Source: Telmatocola sphagniphila (lineage in GTDB: Bacteria; Planctomycetota; Planctomycetia; Gemmatales; Gemmataceae). Taken from it: DNA of 32,000 nt. The notes under the pieces are model-generated. The model had not been told where the DNA came from, did no database searches, and saw only the letters and a list, made by a program, of their open reading frames with translations. Where the stretch lies: positions 3,300,001 to 3,332,000 of the forward strand of contig NZ_CP074694.1 in assembly GCF_018398935.1 (NCBI RefSeq), written 5' to 3'. How positions within the stretch are numbered: position 1 is the first letter of the stretch; each line of letters begins with the position of its first letter. Position numbers and translations under genes: made by a program. Of the stretch, positions 8,548 to 17,264 are shown piece by piece.

Positions 8548-10722
8548 ATGCGCCTGACATTACGAACCCTGCTCGCTTACCTGGATGATACTCTCGACCC
8601 GGCCGAAACGAAATTAATAGGTCAAAAGGTCACGGAGAGCGATAAAGCCCGCGAATTAATCGATCGAATCCGCAAAGTCACCCGCCGGCGTGGAATCGCC
8701 TCGCCACCGATGGAAGGGGACAATCCGACCTCCGATCCGAATACCGTTGCGGAATATCTGGACAATTCGCTTTCCGCGGAGGAACTCGCCGATTTGGAAA
8801 AGCTGGCCATGGAGTCAGATAAACATCTCGCGGAAATCGCCTCAGCGCACCAGATTTTATCTCTCGCCCTTTCCGAACCGGCCTCGGTTCCTCCGAGCGC
8901 GCATCAACGAATGTATCGGCTGGTCAAAGGGCGGGAATCGATCCCGTTCCGCAAGCCCACGGCTCGAATGGCGGCCGGAATTCAGGAACCGGATCCCAAG
9001 GAGAAGATCGATTCGGAGTACGATTTTCAACTTCCGGTGATGAATTCGGAAAAACCGCGCTGGGGCATTCTCGTTCCCCTGAGCCTGATACTACTCGCTG
9101 TCGCGGGTTTTGCGATCTACAAAGCATTACCTCAGAACGAACCGCTATCGGGCTCCGGCTACGCCGTTTTCGACAGTACAAAATCGAAAGACCTTGAAGA
9201 ATCTCCGGCCAAGATCAATCCCGATGTTCTAGCCAAGAAGGCGGAGACCCCAAAGAAAGATCGGGAGCCACTTCCCACTAAGGAACCAAAAGATTCCATC
9301 GTAGTCAACGAAATCGAGACTTTACCTCAGCCCCGGGAAGAAGTGGTTGCTAAACCCGATGTGGAGGTCCCCGCCCCACGCCCCAGTGAAATCCGGCAAG
9401 TCATCGGAGGTTGGGAGGGCTCCAAAAATCAGGTACTCATTTCCAGATCGCCCCCTCTGGAAGTCGTGAAATTGCCTCGGGAAGATATCTGGCATCGCAT
9501 CGGGAAAACCAACGCCATACTGAATACCACCGACTCTCTGATTGCGCCGCCCGGCTATCACCCGGAGATCAAGCTTCTTAGCGGCGTGCACATCCAACTT
9601 TGGGGCAACTTGCCGGAGTTGCTGAACCTGCCCTTGCTGGAATCGGCAATTACGCTCTTTTTCCCCAAGGAAAAGTATGATGCCGATTTATCCTTGGATT
9701 CCGGCCGGATTTTCATCAGAAACGATAAAGCTTTCGGTCCGGCTCGCATTCGTGTACGAGTCCGAGAGCCGATTCGCGAGCTTCCCAAAGACGAAAAATT
9801 GGCGCCGGGCCAAAAGCCCTATTTATTCAAGGAAGAAGTTTGGGACATCACTTTGCTGGAGCCCAAAACCGAAATCTGCCTCGATCGATTTGAGGGCTAT
9901 CCGCCGGGCGTGAGTTACTCGCGCCGCTACAATAATGAATCCCCCAAGCTGGAGTTTTACTGCGGACTGGTCTCCGGTAAGGCGGATATCCGGGTAGGCT
10001 TCAAAGAATTTTTGAATTTGACTAGCCCGAGCCTCATGACCTGGGACAATCGGGGGGGAGGACTGAAAGCCCCCGAACGCCCGAACGATAATCTCATCGG
10101 CATTTGGAGCAAAGAAACGAATGTCCGGCTACCGGGAGCCACTGAATCCTTGAATGCTCTCGGGGATTTGGAAAAACGTCTGCAGGGCAATGCAGAACCC
10201 GCTGTTGTGGACGTCGAATGGGCTTCGATCTGGAAAAATGAAACCGAAAAGCCAAGTCGGCGAATTATCGCCCTTTTCGGCTTGGAATCGATTGATGCCA
10301 TCGCCGATATGCTGGATGCCCTGGGAGATGAGTCTCTACCCCTCCGTCAGGCCGCAATTGTGATGCTCCGGCATTGGTCCGGACGCGCCCAGGATCACGA
10401 TTCGCAACTCAACGAATTTCTGATCAATAAGCGGCGATTCCCGGAGACTCATTCGGAAATCATTCTCGAGCTTTTACATACTTTTTCCGAAGAGGATGCC
10501 CGCAAGAACTCCACTTATGAGAAACTGTTCAATTACCTGAAACACGAAAGAATTGAAATTCGGGAGTTGGCTTTTTGGCATTTATCGCGTCTGGACCCTA
10601 TAGGTTTAAAAGAGATCGGCGGATTCGACACCGCCGGTTCCGAGAACGCTCGCATGGCAACCTGGGCGAAATGGTTTAATTCCTGGCGGAAGCGGTTCGA
10701 CAGCAAGAAGCCAAAGAAGTAA
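8548..10722 (+). CDS. single-pass membrane protein with an anti-sigma-like N-terminus, a FecR-like middle region and HEAT-like C-terminal repeats (function unknown)
   Basis: The ATG at 8548 has GAGG upstream. N-terminus is MRLTLRTLLAYLDDTLDPAE, with a second similar helix VAEYLDNSLSAEELADLE. One TM segment (WGILVPLSLILLAVAGFAIYKAL), then a K/E/P-rich linker. A beta-rich segment (LIAPPGYHPEIKLLSGVHIQLWGN...LSLDSGRIFIRN) is followed by HEAT-like helices (LGDESLPLRQAAIVMLRHW..., LKHERIEIRELAFWHLSRL). The CDS is solid; the function is tentative. Confidence 0.8.
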   Translation: MRLTLRTLLAYLDDTLDPAETKLIGQKVTESDKARELIDRIRKVTRRRGIASPPMEGDNPTSDPNTVAEYLDNSLSAEELADLEKLAMESDKHLAEIASAHQILSLALSEPASVPPSAHQRMYRLVKGRESIPFRKPTARMAAGIQEPDPKEKIDSEYDFQLPVMNSEKPRWGILVPLSLILLAVAGFAIYKALPQNEPLSGSGYAVFDSTKSKDLEESPAKINPDVLAKKAETPKKDREPLPTKEPKDSIVVNEIETLPQPREEVVAKPDVEVPAPRPSEIRQVIGGWEGSKNQVLISRSPPLEVVKLPREDIWHRIGKTNAILNTTDSLIAPPGYHPEIKLLSGVHIQLWGNLPELLNLPLLESAITLFFPKEKYDADLSLDSGRIFIRNDKAFGPARIRVRVREPIRELPKDEKLAPGQKPYLFKEEVWDITLLEPKTEICLDRFEGYPPGVSYSRRYNNESPKLEFYCGLVSGKADIRVGFKEFLNLTSPSLMTWDNRGGGLKAPERPNDNLIGIWSKETNVRLPGATESLNALGDLEKRLQGNAEPAVVDVEWASIWKNETEKPSRRIIALFGLESIDAIADMLDALGDESLPLRQAAIVMLRHWSGRAQDHDSQLNEFLINKRRFPETHSEIILELLHTFSEEDARKNSTYEKLFNYLKHERIEIRELAFWHLSRLDPIGLKEIGGFDTAGSENARMATWAKWFNSWRKRFDSKKPKK

Positions 10723-10731
10723 TACAGATAA

Positions 10732-11664
10732 ATGGCTATTTTTCGACTTCGGTGGAACGAGTACCCTCCCGCCGGCTGGCTGGGTGGGATAACCACGATA
10801 GGCAATTTCGACGGCGTGCACCTGGGACATCAGGAACTCTTGAAAACCTGCGGTGAACTGTCGAGTTGTCGACTGCCAGTGGTGGCGGTGACCTTCGATC
10901 CCCACCCGGTCCAATTTCTCTATCCGGATCGCTATCAAAAGCCCTTGATGAAACTGGAGGATCGGTGCAGCCGCTTGCAGAAGTGCGGCGCCGATCATGT
11001 GATGGTGCTTCAGACCACGACGGAATTAGTGTCACTCTCCCCGTTGGCTTTTTTTGAAACGATTCTCCATCAACAACTGCAAATCCGAGGCATGGTGGAA
11101 GGTTTCAACTTTCGTTTCGGGCACAATCGCGAGGGAGATAATTCGTTACTCGAGCAGCTTTGCCAAGGATCGGGTATACCTTTTCGAGAAGTCCCCCCTC
11201 TGAAAGAAAACGGCATTCCGATCTCGACTAGCCTAATTCGCAAAGCTCTACTCGAAGGAGACCTCAAGTCCGCCAATCACTGGTTGAACACCCCCTTTAC
11301 AATAGAAGGGAAGGTGGTCGAGGGAGCCCGCCGTGGTCGAACGATTGGATTTCCGACCGCCAACCTCGGTGAAATAGTCACGATACTTCCCGCCAATGGC
11401 GTTTACGGGGTGAAGGTCAGGCATCGGGAACAAATATACCGCGGAGCAGCGAATATTGGCCCGAATCCCACTTTCGGGGAATTCGCTCAAAAAATCGAGG
11501 TCTTTCTGCTCGATTTTCAGGGCGATCTCTACGGCGAAAATTTGCAGGTGGATTTTTGGTTCCGGATACGCGATACGATGAAATTTAGTGGGGTCGATGC
11601 GTTGGTCACCCAAATGAATCAGGATGTCGAGATGGTTCGACGTTGCATTTCATTGGAGAAATAG
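10732..11664 (+). CDS. ribF: bifunctional riboflavin kinase / FMN adenylyltransferase
   Basis: The adenylyltransferase domain shows TIGNFDGVHLGHQELL. The kinase domain shows GRTIGFPTANL...GVYGV...ANIGPNPTF...EVFLLDFQGDLYG. Length is 310 aa. Confidence 0.95.
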   Translation: MAIFRLRWNEYPPAGWLGGITTIGNFDGVHLGHQELLKTCGELSSCRLPVVAVTFDPHPVQFLYPDRYQKPLMKLEDRCSRLQKCGADHVMVLQTTTELVSLSPLAFFETILHQQLQIRGMVEGFNFRFGHNREGDNSLLEQLCQGSGIPFREVPPLKENGIPISTSLIRKALLEGDLKSANHWLNTPFTIEGKVVEGARRGRTIGFPTANLGEIVTILPANGVYGVKVRHREQIYRGAANIGPNPTFGEFAQKIEVFLLDFQGDLYGENLQVDFWFRIRDTMKFSGVDALVTQMNQDVEMVRRCISLEK

Positions 11665-11667
11665 CTC

Positions 11668-11901
11668 ATGCAGGATCTGAGGAGTCGAGTGGAAAGCGTC
11701 CTGAAAGCGGAAGTTGCTCCCGCTTTGGAACTGGATGGAACGGGCATCGAAGTTCTGGATGTCACTGACGGTGTGGCCCGGCTACGCTTAAACGGTGTCT
11801 GTGCCGGATGCCCCGCAAGCATTATGACCGTGGTCATGGGAATCGAGCAGGAGTTACGTTCCCGGATGCCGGAAATTGAATACCTGGAAGCTGTGCCTTA
11901 A
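11668..11901 (+). CDS. NifU C-terminal-domain (Nfu-like) Fe-S cluster scaffold/carrier protein
   Basis: LELDGTGIEVLDVTDGVARLRLNGVCAGCPASIMTVVMGIEQEL carries the conserved CxxC of Nfu/NifU C-terminal domains. The gene starts 3 nt after the ribF stop. Confidence 0.85.
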   Translation: MQDLRSRVESVLKAEVAPALELDGTGIEVLDVTDGVARLRLNGVCAGCPASIMTVVMGIEQELRSRMPEIEYLEAVP

Positions 11902-11927
11902 TCGCAAACCCATTCCCCGAAGAAAGT

Positions 11928-12749
11928 ATGTTCCTAGGCTATAACACCAATGGATTCAGCTACCATCAACTTACCGATGCCATAGAGATCATCGCGGAGT
12001 TGGGTTACCGGGGAATTGGCCTTACTCTCGACGTTCATCATCTCGATCCTTTTCGAACCACTCGATCAGAAATCACCGCGGTTCGAAAAATTCTCGAATC
12101 CCATAACCTTCGCTGCGTCATCGAAACCGGCGCTCGTTTCATTTTGGATCGGCGTCGAAAGCATCAGCCAACACTACTCAGCCCAGTCGATTCGGAGCGA
12201 CGCTCAGAATTTCTTCGGAAGTCGATTGAGATTGCTCAGGAATTGAATGCCGATTGCGTCAGCTTCTGGTCGGGGACGCCAACCGAGCCCGAAAATCGAG
12301 AAATCCTCGAACAGCGACTGATCGATCACTGTCTGCGGTTATGCGATTACGCCGCGAGCCGTCAAGTCAAATTGGCCTTTGAGCCTGAGCCGGGAATGCT
12401 GATAGACAAAACTGCGGAGTTCGAGATTCTATTCCACAAAGTGAATCATCCATCGTTTGGTTTGACCTTGGACATCGGCCACCTGATCTGTCTGGAAGAA
12501 CCGGTCCGTGACACCATCCTGCGCTGGAAAGATCATCTCTGGAACGTCCATCTGGACGACATGAAAAGGGGTATCCACGATCATCTGATGTTCGGGGAGG
12601 GTGAAGTCAATTTTCAGGAAACCTTCGCCACCCTCAAAGAAATCCACTTTAACTACGGCGCCTATGTCGAATTGTCTCGCCACGCTCACGATGCTGTTCG
12701 CACGGCTGAAAAATCCTTTCGTTTTCTTTCCTCTTACCTCACTGAGTAA
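11928..12749 (+). CDS. sugar phosphate isomerase/epimerase (xylose isomerase-like TIM barrel) family protein
   Basis: LGYNTNGF...IAELGYRGIGL, ...KLAFEPEPG..., ...LTLDIGHL..., ...HLDD... show the metal-ligand pattern typical of the AP endonuclease 2 / xylose isomerase-like TIM-barrel fold. Confidence 0.8.
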   Translation: MFLGYNTNGFSYHQLTDAIEIIAELGYRGIGLTLDVHHLDPFRTTRSEITAVRKILESHNLRCVIETGARFILDRRRKHQPTLLSPVDSERRSEFLRKSIEIAQELNADCVSFWSGTPTEPENREILEQRLIDHCLRLCDYAASRQVKLAFEPEPGMLIDKTAEFEILFHKVNHPSFGLTLDIGHLICLEEPVRDTILRWKDHLWNVHLDDMKRGIHDHLMFGEGEVNFQETFATLKEIHFNYGAYVELSRHAHDAVRTAEKSFRFLSSYLTE

Positions 12750-12752
12750 TCC

Positions 12753-13571
12753 ATGTTTCAAATTCTGCTCTTCAGCCTCTTCCTGGGATTCCAGGATCCT
12801 GCTCCTCAGGAAAAAATCTTAAAACTTCGGACCGCTTTACAAGAAAGTGATGGTAAAACCGCAGTCAAGTTAGCGGATGAATTGATCAAGTCGAGCCCCA
12901 ATACTGCCAGTCTCTATTTCGACCGAGCAAGAGCTTATATCCTGCTGAATCTTCCGGAGAAGTCAGTCGAAGACTTGAACAAAACTGAAAAGCTCTCAAC
13001 CAAGGAGAATGCTTCGCTTTACAGCGTGCGTGGCGGCGAATACTTCAAGCTTGGCAAGATCAAAGAATCGATCGCCGATTTCGATAAGGAAATTCTTCTC
13101 AATCCCCGCTCGGAAGAAGATCACTGGCGTCGAGGAATTTCACTCTACTACGCGGATCGATTTGAAGATGGGGCGAAGCAGTTCGAACTTGGCAAGCGAG
13201 TGTACGGCAACGATGTGGAAAACGCTTTCTGGCACTTCCTTTGCCTGGCCCGCCAGACCACTCCGGAAAAGGCCCGCAAAGAGCTGCTAAATGTGAAAAA
13301 CGACAGTCGGTACTATATGCCCAAGGTTTACGAAATGATCGCCGGTAAAGCCAAACCGGAAGAAGTTTTAGAAGAAGTGAAGAAATCTTCGGAGAAGGAT
13401 AAAACCGAAGGCTATTTTTACGCGAACTTATACGTCGGGCTCTACTACGAAGCCACCGGCGAAAAAGCGAAGGGCCTCGAGTACATTCGCAAAGCCAAAG
13501 ACGATTACGTCATCGGGCATTACATGTATCAGGTCGCCAAAGTGCATGTCTTGCTGCGAGACAAGAAATGA
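12753..13571 (+). CDS. TPR-repeat protein (NlpI-like), probably secreted
   Basis: Hydrophobic N-terminus MFQILLFSLFLGF. TPR-like helices follow (ASLYFDRARAYILLNLPEKSVEDLNK, YSVRGGEYFKLGKIKESIADFDKEILLNP, GYFYANLYVGLYYEATGEKAKGLEYIRKA). The gene starts 3 nt after the upstream stop. Confidence 0.75.
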   Translation: MFQILLFSLFLGFQDPAPQEKILKLRTALQESDGKTAVKLADELIKSSPNTASLYFDRARAYILLNLPEKSVEDLNKTEKLSTKENASLYSVRGGEYFKLGKIKESIADFDKEILLNPRSEEDHWRRGISLYYADRFEDGAKQFELGKRVYGNDVENAFWHFLCLARQTTPEKARKELLNVKNDSRYYMPKVYEMIAGKAKPEEVLEEVKKSSEKDKTEGYFYANLYVGLYYEATGEKAKGLEYIRKAKDDYVIGHYMYQVAKVHVLLRDKK

Positions 13572-13572
13572 G

Positions 13573-14970
13573 TCAATCGATCACTTCCGGTTCGATCACC
13601 CGCATCGCCTTCCATTTGCCTCCATGGAAGCGACGGAAGTAAAAGAGCCCCTGCAATGCAACGTAAAGGGAAAGGAAAGACCAGGCCCAGTTCAATCCCC
13701 AATTGTTCTGCACGGCCAGGTAGGTGGGTAGCACCATCACCGGCCAGGCTAAACTAAGCGATACTAGCGTGACATAAAGGGTATCACCCGCCCCGCGCAA
13801 GGCCCCGGAGAACATCAGCGTCATGCTGTCGAAGATGGCGAAAGCCCCGATGAAATAGAAAAGCACTTTCAATTTGGCAAACACCGCGGCCCAGTTCTCG
13901 GGATGGTTATGATCTTGAAACGGCCAAGCGCAAAAACTGGGGAAAAGACTGTACATTGAAACCACCGTGCACATGTAAATAGCACAGACCACGAAGGCAT
14001 TCCGTACACTTTTCTCGGCGATTTGCGGCCGATTTTCTCCGAGTCGCTGCCCGACCAGAATCGACACCGCCTGGCTCAAGCCGAACATCGGAATGAAGGC
14101 AAAGTTGTTGATGGTGTAAGCGAGGCTGCTGGCTGCCAATTCCGCTTCGCCAAAACGCCCCGTCAGCGATAGGAAAGAAGCGAAGGCGGTCATATCCAGA
14201 AACCACTGCACGCCGCTGGGAAGTCCGAATCGCATCAACCTCAGAAAAGTTTTCGAACAGAAATGCCAACCGACGAGGAGATCAAATTCCATTCGATACT
14301 TTTTCCGAAACATCAGAGCGAGACCGATAAGTGCGGAAACCCAGGAAGCCGCGGTGGTGGCCCAGCCGGCACCCGCCACCCCGAGTTGAGTAAATCCCCA
14401 ACCACCTAAAACCCAGGCATAATCGAGTAAACCATTAACGATCGTTCCCGCCACATTGATCCAAATGACCGTTCGCGAATTACCCAAGCCACTAAAAAAC
14501 GCACAAGTCACGCTTGTCAGAAGAGCTGGGAGCCCCATCCAACAGAGGGCTCCGAAGAAATCGCATTCCAGTTGCTGCACCTGCTCGGTATGACCCGTCA
14601 TGGCAAAAATATGAGCTCGGAATGGAATCAAAGAAAGAATGGCAATACCAAGAAAAGCACTGAAATAGATTCCCTGCCAGACGATAGGCCCAATTTTGTG
14701 AGGGCGACCGGCCCCTTTGTACTGAGCCACGAAGGTGCTGACATAGCCTGAAGTGCTGAAGAGTAAAATGAACGGCGTCCAGAAGAACATAGCCGCCGTG
14801 GTGGTAGCCGATGCGGCATCGGTTCCCAATTGAGCGGCAAAAGCCCGATCCACAGTTATTTGAATCGTGGAAAAGCTGCTGCTGATAATCAACGGCCAGG
14901 CGAGGGACAGTAGCTCCCGAATACCCCCTGGCCGGGCGTTGACGATGTCTACCGTTGAAGAGGCTTGCAA
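13573..14970 (-). CDS. MATE family efflux transporter
   Basis: A ~12-TM hydrophobic protein with a MATE-type N-terminus (LLSLAWPLIISSSFSTIQITVDRAFAAQLG) and internal duplication (FLRLMRFGLPSGVQWFLD...). The start at 14970 is a TTG, and there is no nearby ATG alternative. Confidence 0.9.
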   Translation of the reverse strand: MQASSTVDIVNARPGGIRELLSLAWPLIISSSFSTIQITVDRAFAAQLGTDAASATTTAAMFFWTPFILLFSTSGYVSTFVAQYKGAGRPHKIGPIVWQGIYFSAFLGIAILSLIPFRAHIFAMTGHTEQVQQLECDFFGALCWMGLPALLTSVTCAFFSGLGNSRTVIWINVAGTIVNGLLDYAWVLGGWGFTQLGVAGAGWATTAASWVSALIGLALMFRKKYRMEFDLLVGWHFCSKTFLRLMRFGLPSGVQWFLDMTAFASFLSLTGRFGEAELAASSLAYTINNFAFIPMFGLSQAVSILVGQRLGENRPQIAEKSVRNAFVVCAIYMCTVVSMYSLFPSFCAWPFQDHNHPENWAAVFAKLKVLFYFIGAFAIFDSMTLMFSGALRGAGDTLYVTLVSLSLAWPVMVLPTYLAVQNNWGLNWAWSFLSLYVALQGLFYFRRFHGGKWKAMRVIEPEVID

Positions 14971-15087
14971 GCGACCATCCTTTCCATCAGGTCAGATATT
15001 CTACAAAGATCGGCAATCTGGAAACTGGATCGGTTTATTTGCGATGGGTTAAAACCTTTCTAAAACATCTGGGTAAGGAGATCTGGA

Positions 15088-15426
15088 ATGGCACGCGACC
15101 CAATGGAACCCAAGCGGTGTGCGGAACTACTCGGTGCACTCGCCGCTCCCGAGAGATTGAAAATCGTTCGATTCCTGGCTGAGGAAGTTCATAATGTGAC
15201 CGAAATCGCGGAAATGCTGAACACTCCGGCCGTGAACGTTTCGCATCACCTCAACGTGCTTCGACATGCAAGGCTGATCAAAGGAAATAAGAAGGGCCGT
15301 TTCGTCTGGTATTCTCTGCAACCAGGTGTTTTGCAGGAAGTCGTCGAAGCCGGGATTCCCAAGGAAGTTCTCGATTTGAACTGCTGCAAACTCGAACTTC
15401 GCATGGGTAAAAACGATAAGTGCTAA
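15088..15426 (+). CDS. ArsR/SmtB family transcriptional regulator
   Basis: The winged-HTH signature is LGALAAPERLKIVRFLAEEVHNVTEIAEMLNTPAVNVSHHLNVLRHARLIKGNKKGRFVWYSL. AAGGAG lies 7 nt upstream of the ATG. The C-terminal tail carries Cys99-Cys100 and a terminal Cys112. Confidence 0.9.
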   Translation: MARDPMEPKRCAELLGALAAPERLKIVRFLAEEVHNVTEIAEMLNTPAVNVSHHLNVLRHARLIKGNKKGRFVWYSLQPGVLQEVVEAGIPKEVLDLNCCKLELRMGKNDKC

Positions 15427-15971
15427 AGTTTTCGGAGCACGAACGTGCACGGAGACTGAGGGGCTTCCGACTCATAGAGTTTCCAATCGAACAATTTCTT
15501 ATCCAATTTTTCCAGCCAATTCCGAACGGCGTTTGCCTCTTCCTCCCCTCCGGGATGACCGACATAAGCGACAATTGTTACGAGGCCGTTGGGTTTCAGA
15601 TAGTTCAGCCCGCATTCTATTGCGGTGAGTGTCGTCTCTGGCTGGGTAACGAGAGATTTGTCGCTTCCCGGGCGGTAGCCGAGATTAAAAGTGATCGCCG
15701 CAATCTGGCCGAGATATTCCTTTGAAACCAATTCCCCCATGCGTTCGTGACCCGCCAGTATCAATCGAACATTTTCGATTTGTTCCTGCGTGAGTTTGGC
15801 TCGCGTTTGCTCGATGGCTTCCGGTTGGATATCGAAGGCAAAAACCATTCCCTGGCCTCCAACCGCCTTGGCCAAAAAGAGGGTATCGTGCCCATTTCCA
15901 GCAGTAGCATCAATCGCCTTATCCTTAGGTCGCAAATGCCCGGCCAGCAGTTCATGGACCAGATTCGTCAT
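15423..15971 (-). CDS. mnmM: YtqB/MnmM-family class I SAM-dependent methyltransferase (putative tRNA nm5s2U34 methyltransferase)
   Basis: There is strong by-eye similarity to my recollection of B. subtilis YtqB: AIDATAGNGHDTLFLAKAVG, VFAFDIQ, FNLGYRPGSDKSLVT, VAYVGHPGG. The start is either the ATG at 15971 or the TTG at 15983; the TTG overlaps the upstream stop by 4 nt. Confidence 0.75.
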   Translation of the reverse strand: MTNLVHELLAGHLRPKDKAIDATAGNGHDTLFLAKAVGGQGMVFAFDIQPEAIEQTRAKLTQEQIENVRLILAGHERMGELVSKEYLGQIAAITFNLGYRPGSDKSLVTQPETTLTAIECGLNYLKPNGLVTIVAYVGHPGGEEEANAVRNWLEKLDKKLFDWKLYESEAPQSPCTFVLRKL

Positions 15972-15979
15972 TCGAGTTT

Positions 15980-17038
15980 TCAATGGGCACTCCCAAAACG
16001 CGTCCAGGAAAGTTGCGTCGGAATGGGTGTCGCATCGATCAGAAAGTTGGCAAAGTGTAGCGATACCAAAGGTGCGTACAAGGCTCCCTTGGTACCCAGA
16101 CCATTGAAAAAACCGAGCTGTGGCAGATCCGGAGCCAAGCCTATGGCCGGTTTGAGATCACGCAAAATGGGTCTAATGGCCGCTCGATGATCTACAATCT
16201 CAAAATCACGTTTTAAAAATTCCTTCAGTCTTTTTAAAATCAGTTCTCGACCGGCCTGGGTGGGAGCCGAATCCAGCTCTTTCCACTCATAGGTTGATCC
16301 TGCCCGATAAATTTCATTACCGCACCGAGCCAGCCAAATTCCTCGATGAACGACTCGTGTTTCCTGCAGGCCGGGTATTCGAAGGGTGAGAATTTCTCCT
16401 TTGGCCGGTAACCAGTCTGCAAGCAATCGCGGATTTCGCCGTTCCTGATGACCGGTACAGGATATCAGCTGACAAGCAGTTAGCTTCCAGCGAGGAACGT
16501 AAACACGATCACGGAGCAGTTCGATGTCCTCAGATAAATCGAGTCGATCAGTTAGAAATCTTTGCTGACTTCGCAGGTAATCTCGAGTGGCTTGGAGATA
16601 TTCTGGACAATTCAGGACACCCGCTACTGGCATCTCGAAGCTCCCGTGGGGTTGTTCGAAGTCATTTGGATCGAGTGTCGAGCTCGGGTCGGAGCGAAGC
16701 AAATGAGGTTCCACTTGCAACTGGGCTTCAAATCTTTGGAGCTCTTTCTGCTCAGTAAAAATTCGAACCATGGGAGCCAGAGTGAGGATCGACGCTTGGG
16801 TGAACCGTTCGACTTGCTGATAGAAATGTTTCGCTAACGGCCAGTAATCATCCCAACCCTCGGTTTTTACCAGTCGTTTACCGGTGAGAGGCGTGAGAAG
16901 CCCGGCCGCGATTTTTGAGGAAGTGACTTCGTCTACAGGGTCGACAACGCAGACGCTCTTGCCTCGCCAGATCAATTGCCATGCGAGAGTGCTGCCGGCA
17001 AGCCCCTGTCCGAGTATCAGGTAGTCGAAATGATCCAT
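15980..17038 (-). CDS. FAD-dependent oxidoreductase (DAO family), MnmC oxidoreductase-domain-like
   Basis: N-terminal Rossmann motif DYLILGQGLAGSTLAWQL. It also shows SSKIAAGLLTPL, HRAAIRPILRDLKPAIG and FNGLGTKGALYAPL, which are typical of DAO-family enzymes including the MnmC C-terminal domain. The gene is tightly coupled to the downstream methyltransferase. Confidence 0.85.
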   Translation of the reverse strand: MDHFDYLILGQGLAGSTLAWQLIWRGKSVCVVDPVDEVTSSKIAAGLLTPLTGKRLVKTEGWDDYWPLAKHFYQQVERFTQASILTLAPMVRIFTEQKELQRFEAQLQVEPHLLRSDPSSTLDPNDFEQPHGSFEMPVAGVLNCPEYLQATRDYLRSQQRFLTDRLDLSEDIELLRDRVYVPRWKLTACQLISCTGHQERRNPRLLADWLPAKGEILTLRIPGLQETRVVHRGIWLARCGNEIYRAGSTYEWKELDSAPTQAGRELILKRLKEFLKRDFEIVDHRAAIRPILRDLKPAIGLAPDLPQLGFFNGLGTKGALYAPLVSLHFANFLIDATPIPTQLSWTRFGSAH

Positions 17039-17108
17039 CGAATAGATCTAGAGAATTTGGAGAATTTCTTGAGACCCGAGGTTGATCCACTTTGCCGGAA
17101 TGTGCATT

Positions 17109-17137
17109 TTGATACGGCAGCAATTAAATTCTAAATT
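17109..17137 (+). promoter_or_regulatory. candidate sigma70-like promoter upstream of the beta-barrel protein gene
   Basis: TTGATA (17109-17114), a 17-nt spacer, then TAAATT (17132-17137). It sits about 125 nt upstream of the ATG at 17265. Confidence 0.3.
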
Positions 17138-17264
17138 ACAACGCAAAATCCAGCTTAAAGAAAACTCAGTTTCGATTCTCAAGCTTCACTGGAATATCGG
17201 GTTGCACTTGTTTTTTTACTCACTCGGGTTTATCCAATCGCCTGCCGAGAAAGAAGGATCTTAA

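Noticed and set aside
10723-10731. FMN riboswitch upstream of ribF
   Set aside because: Only 9 nt separate ribF from the upstream gene, which leaves no room for an RFN element. The sequence shows no RFN-like structure.
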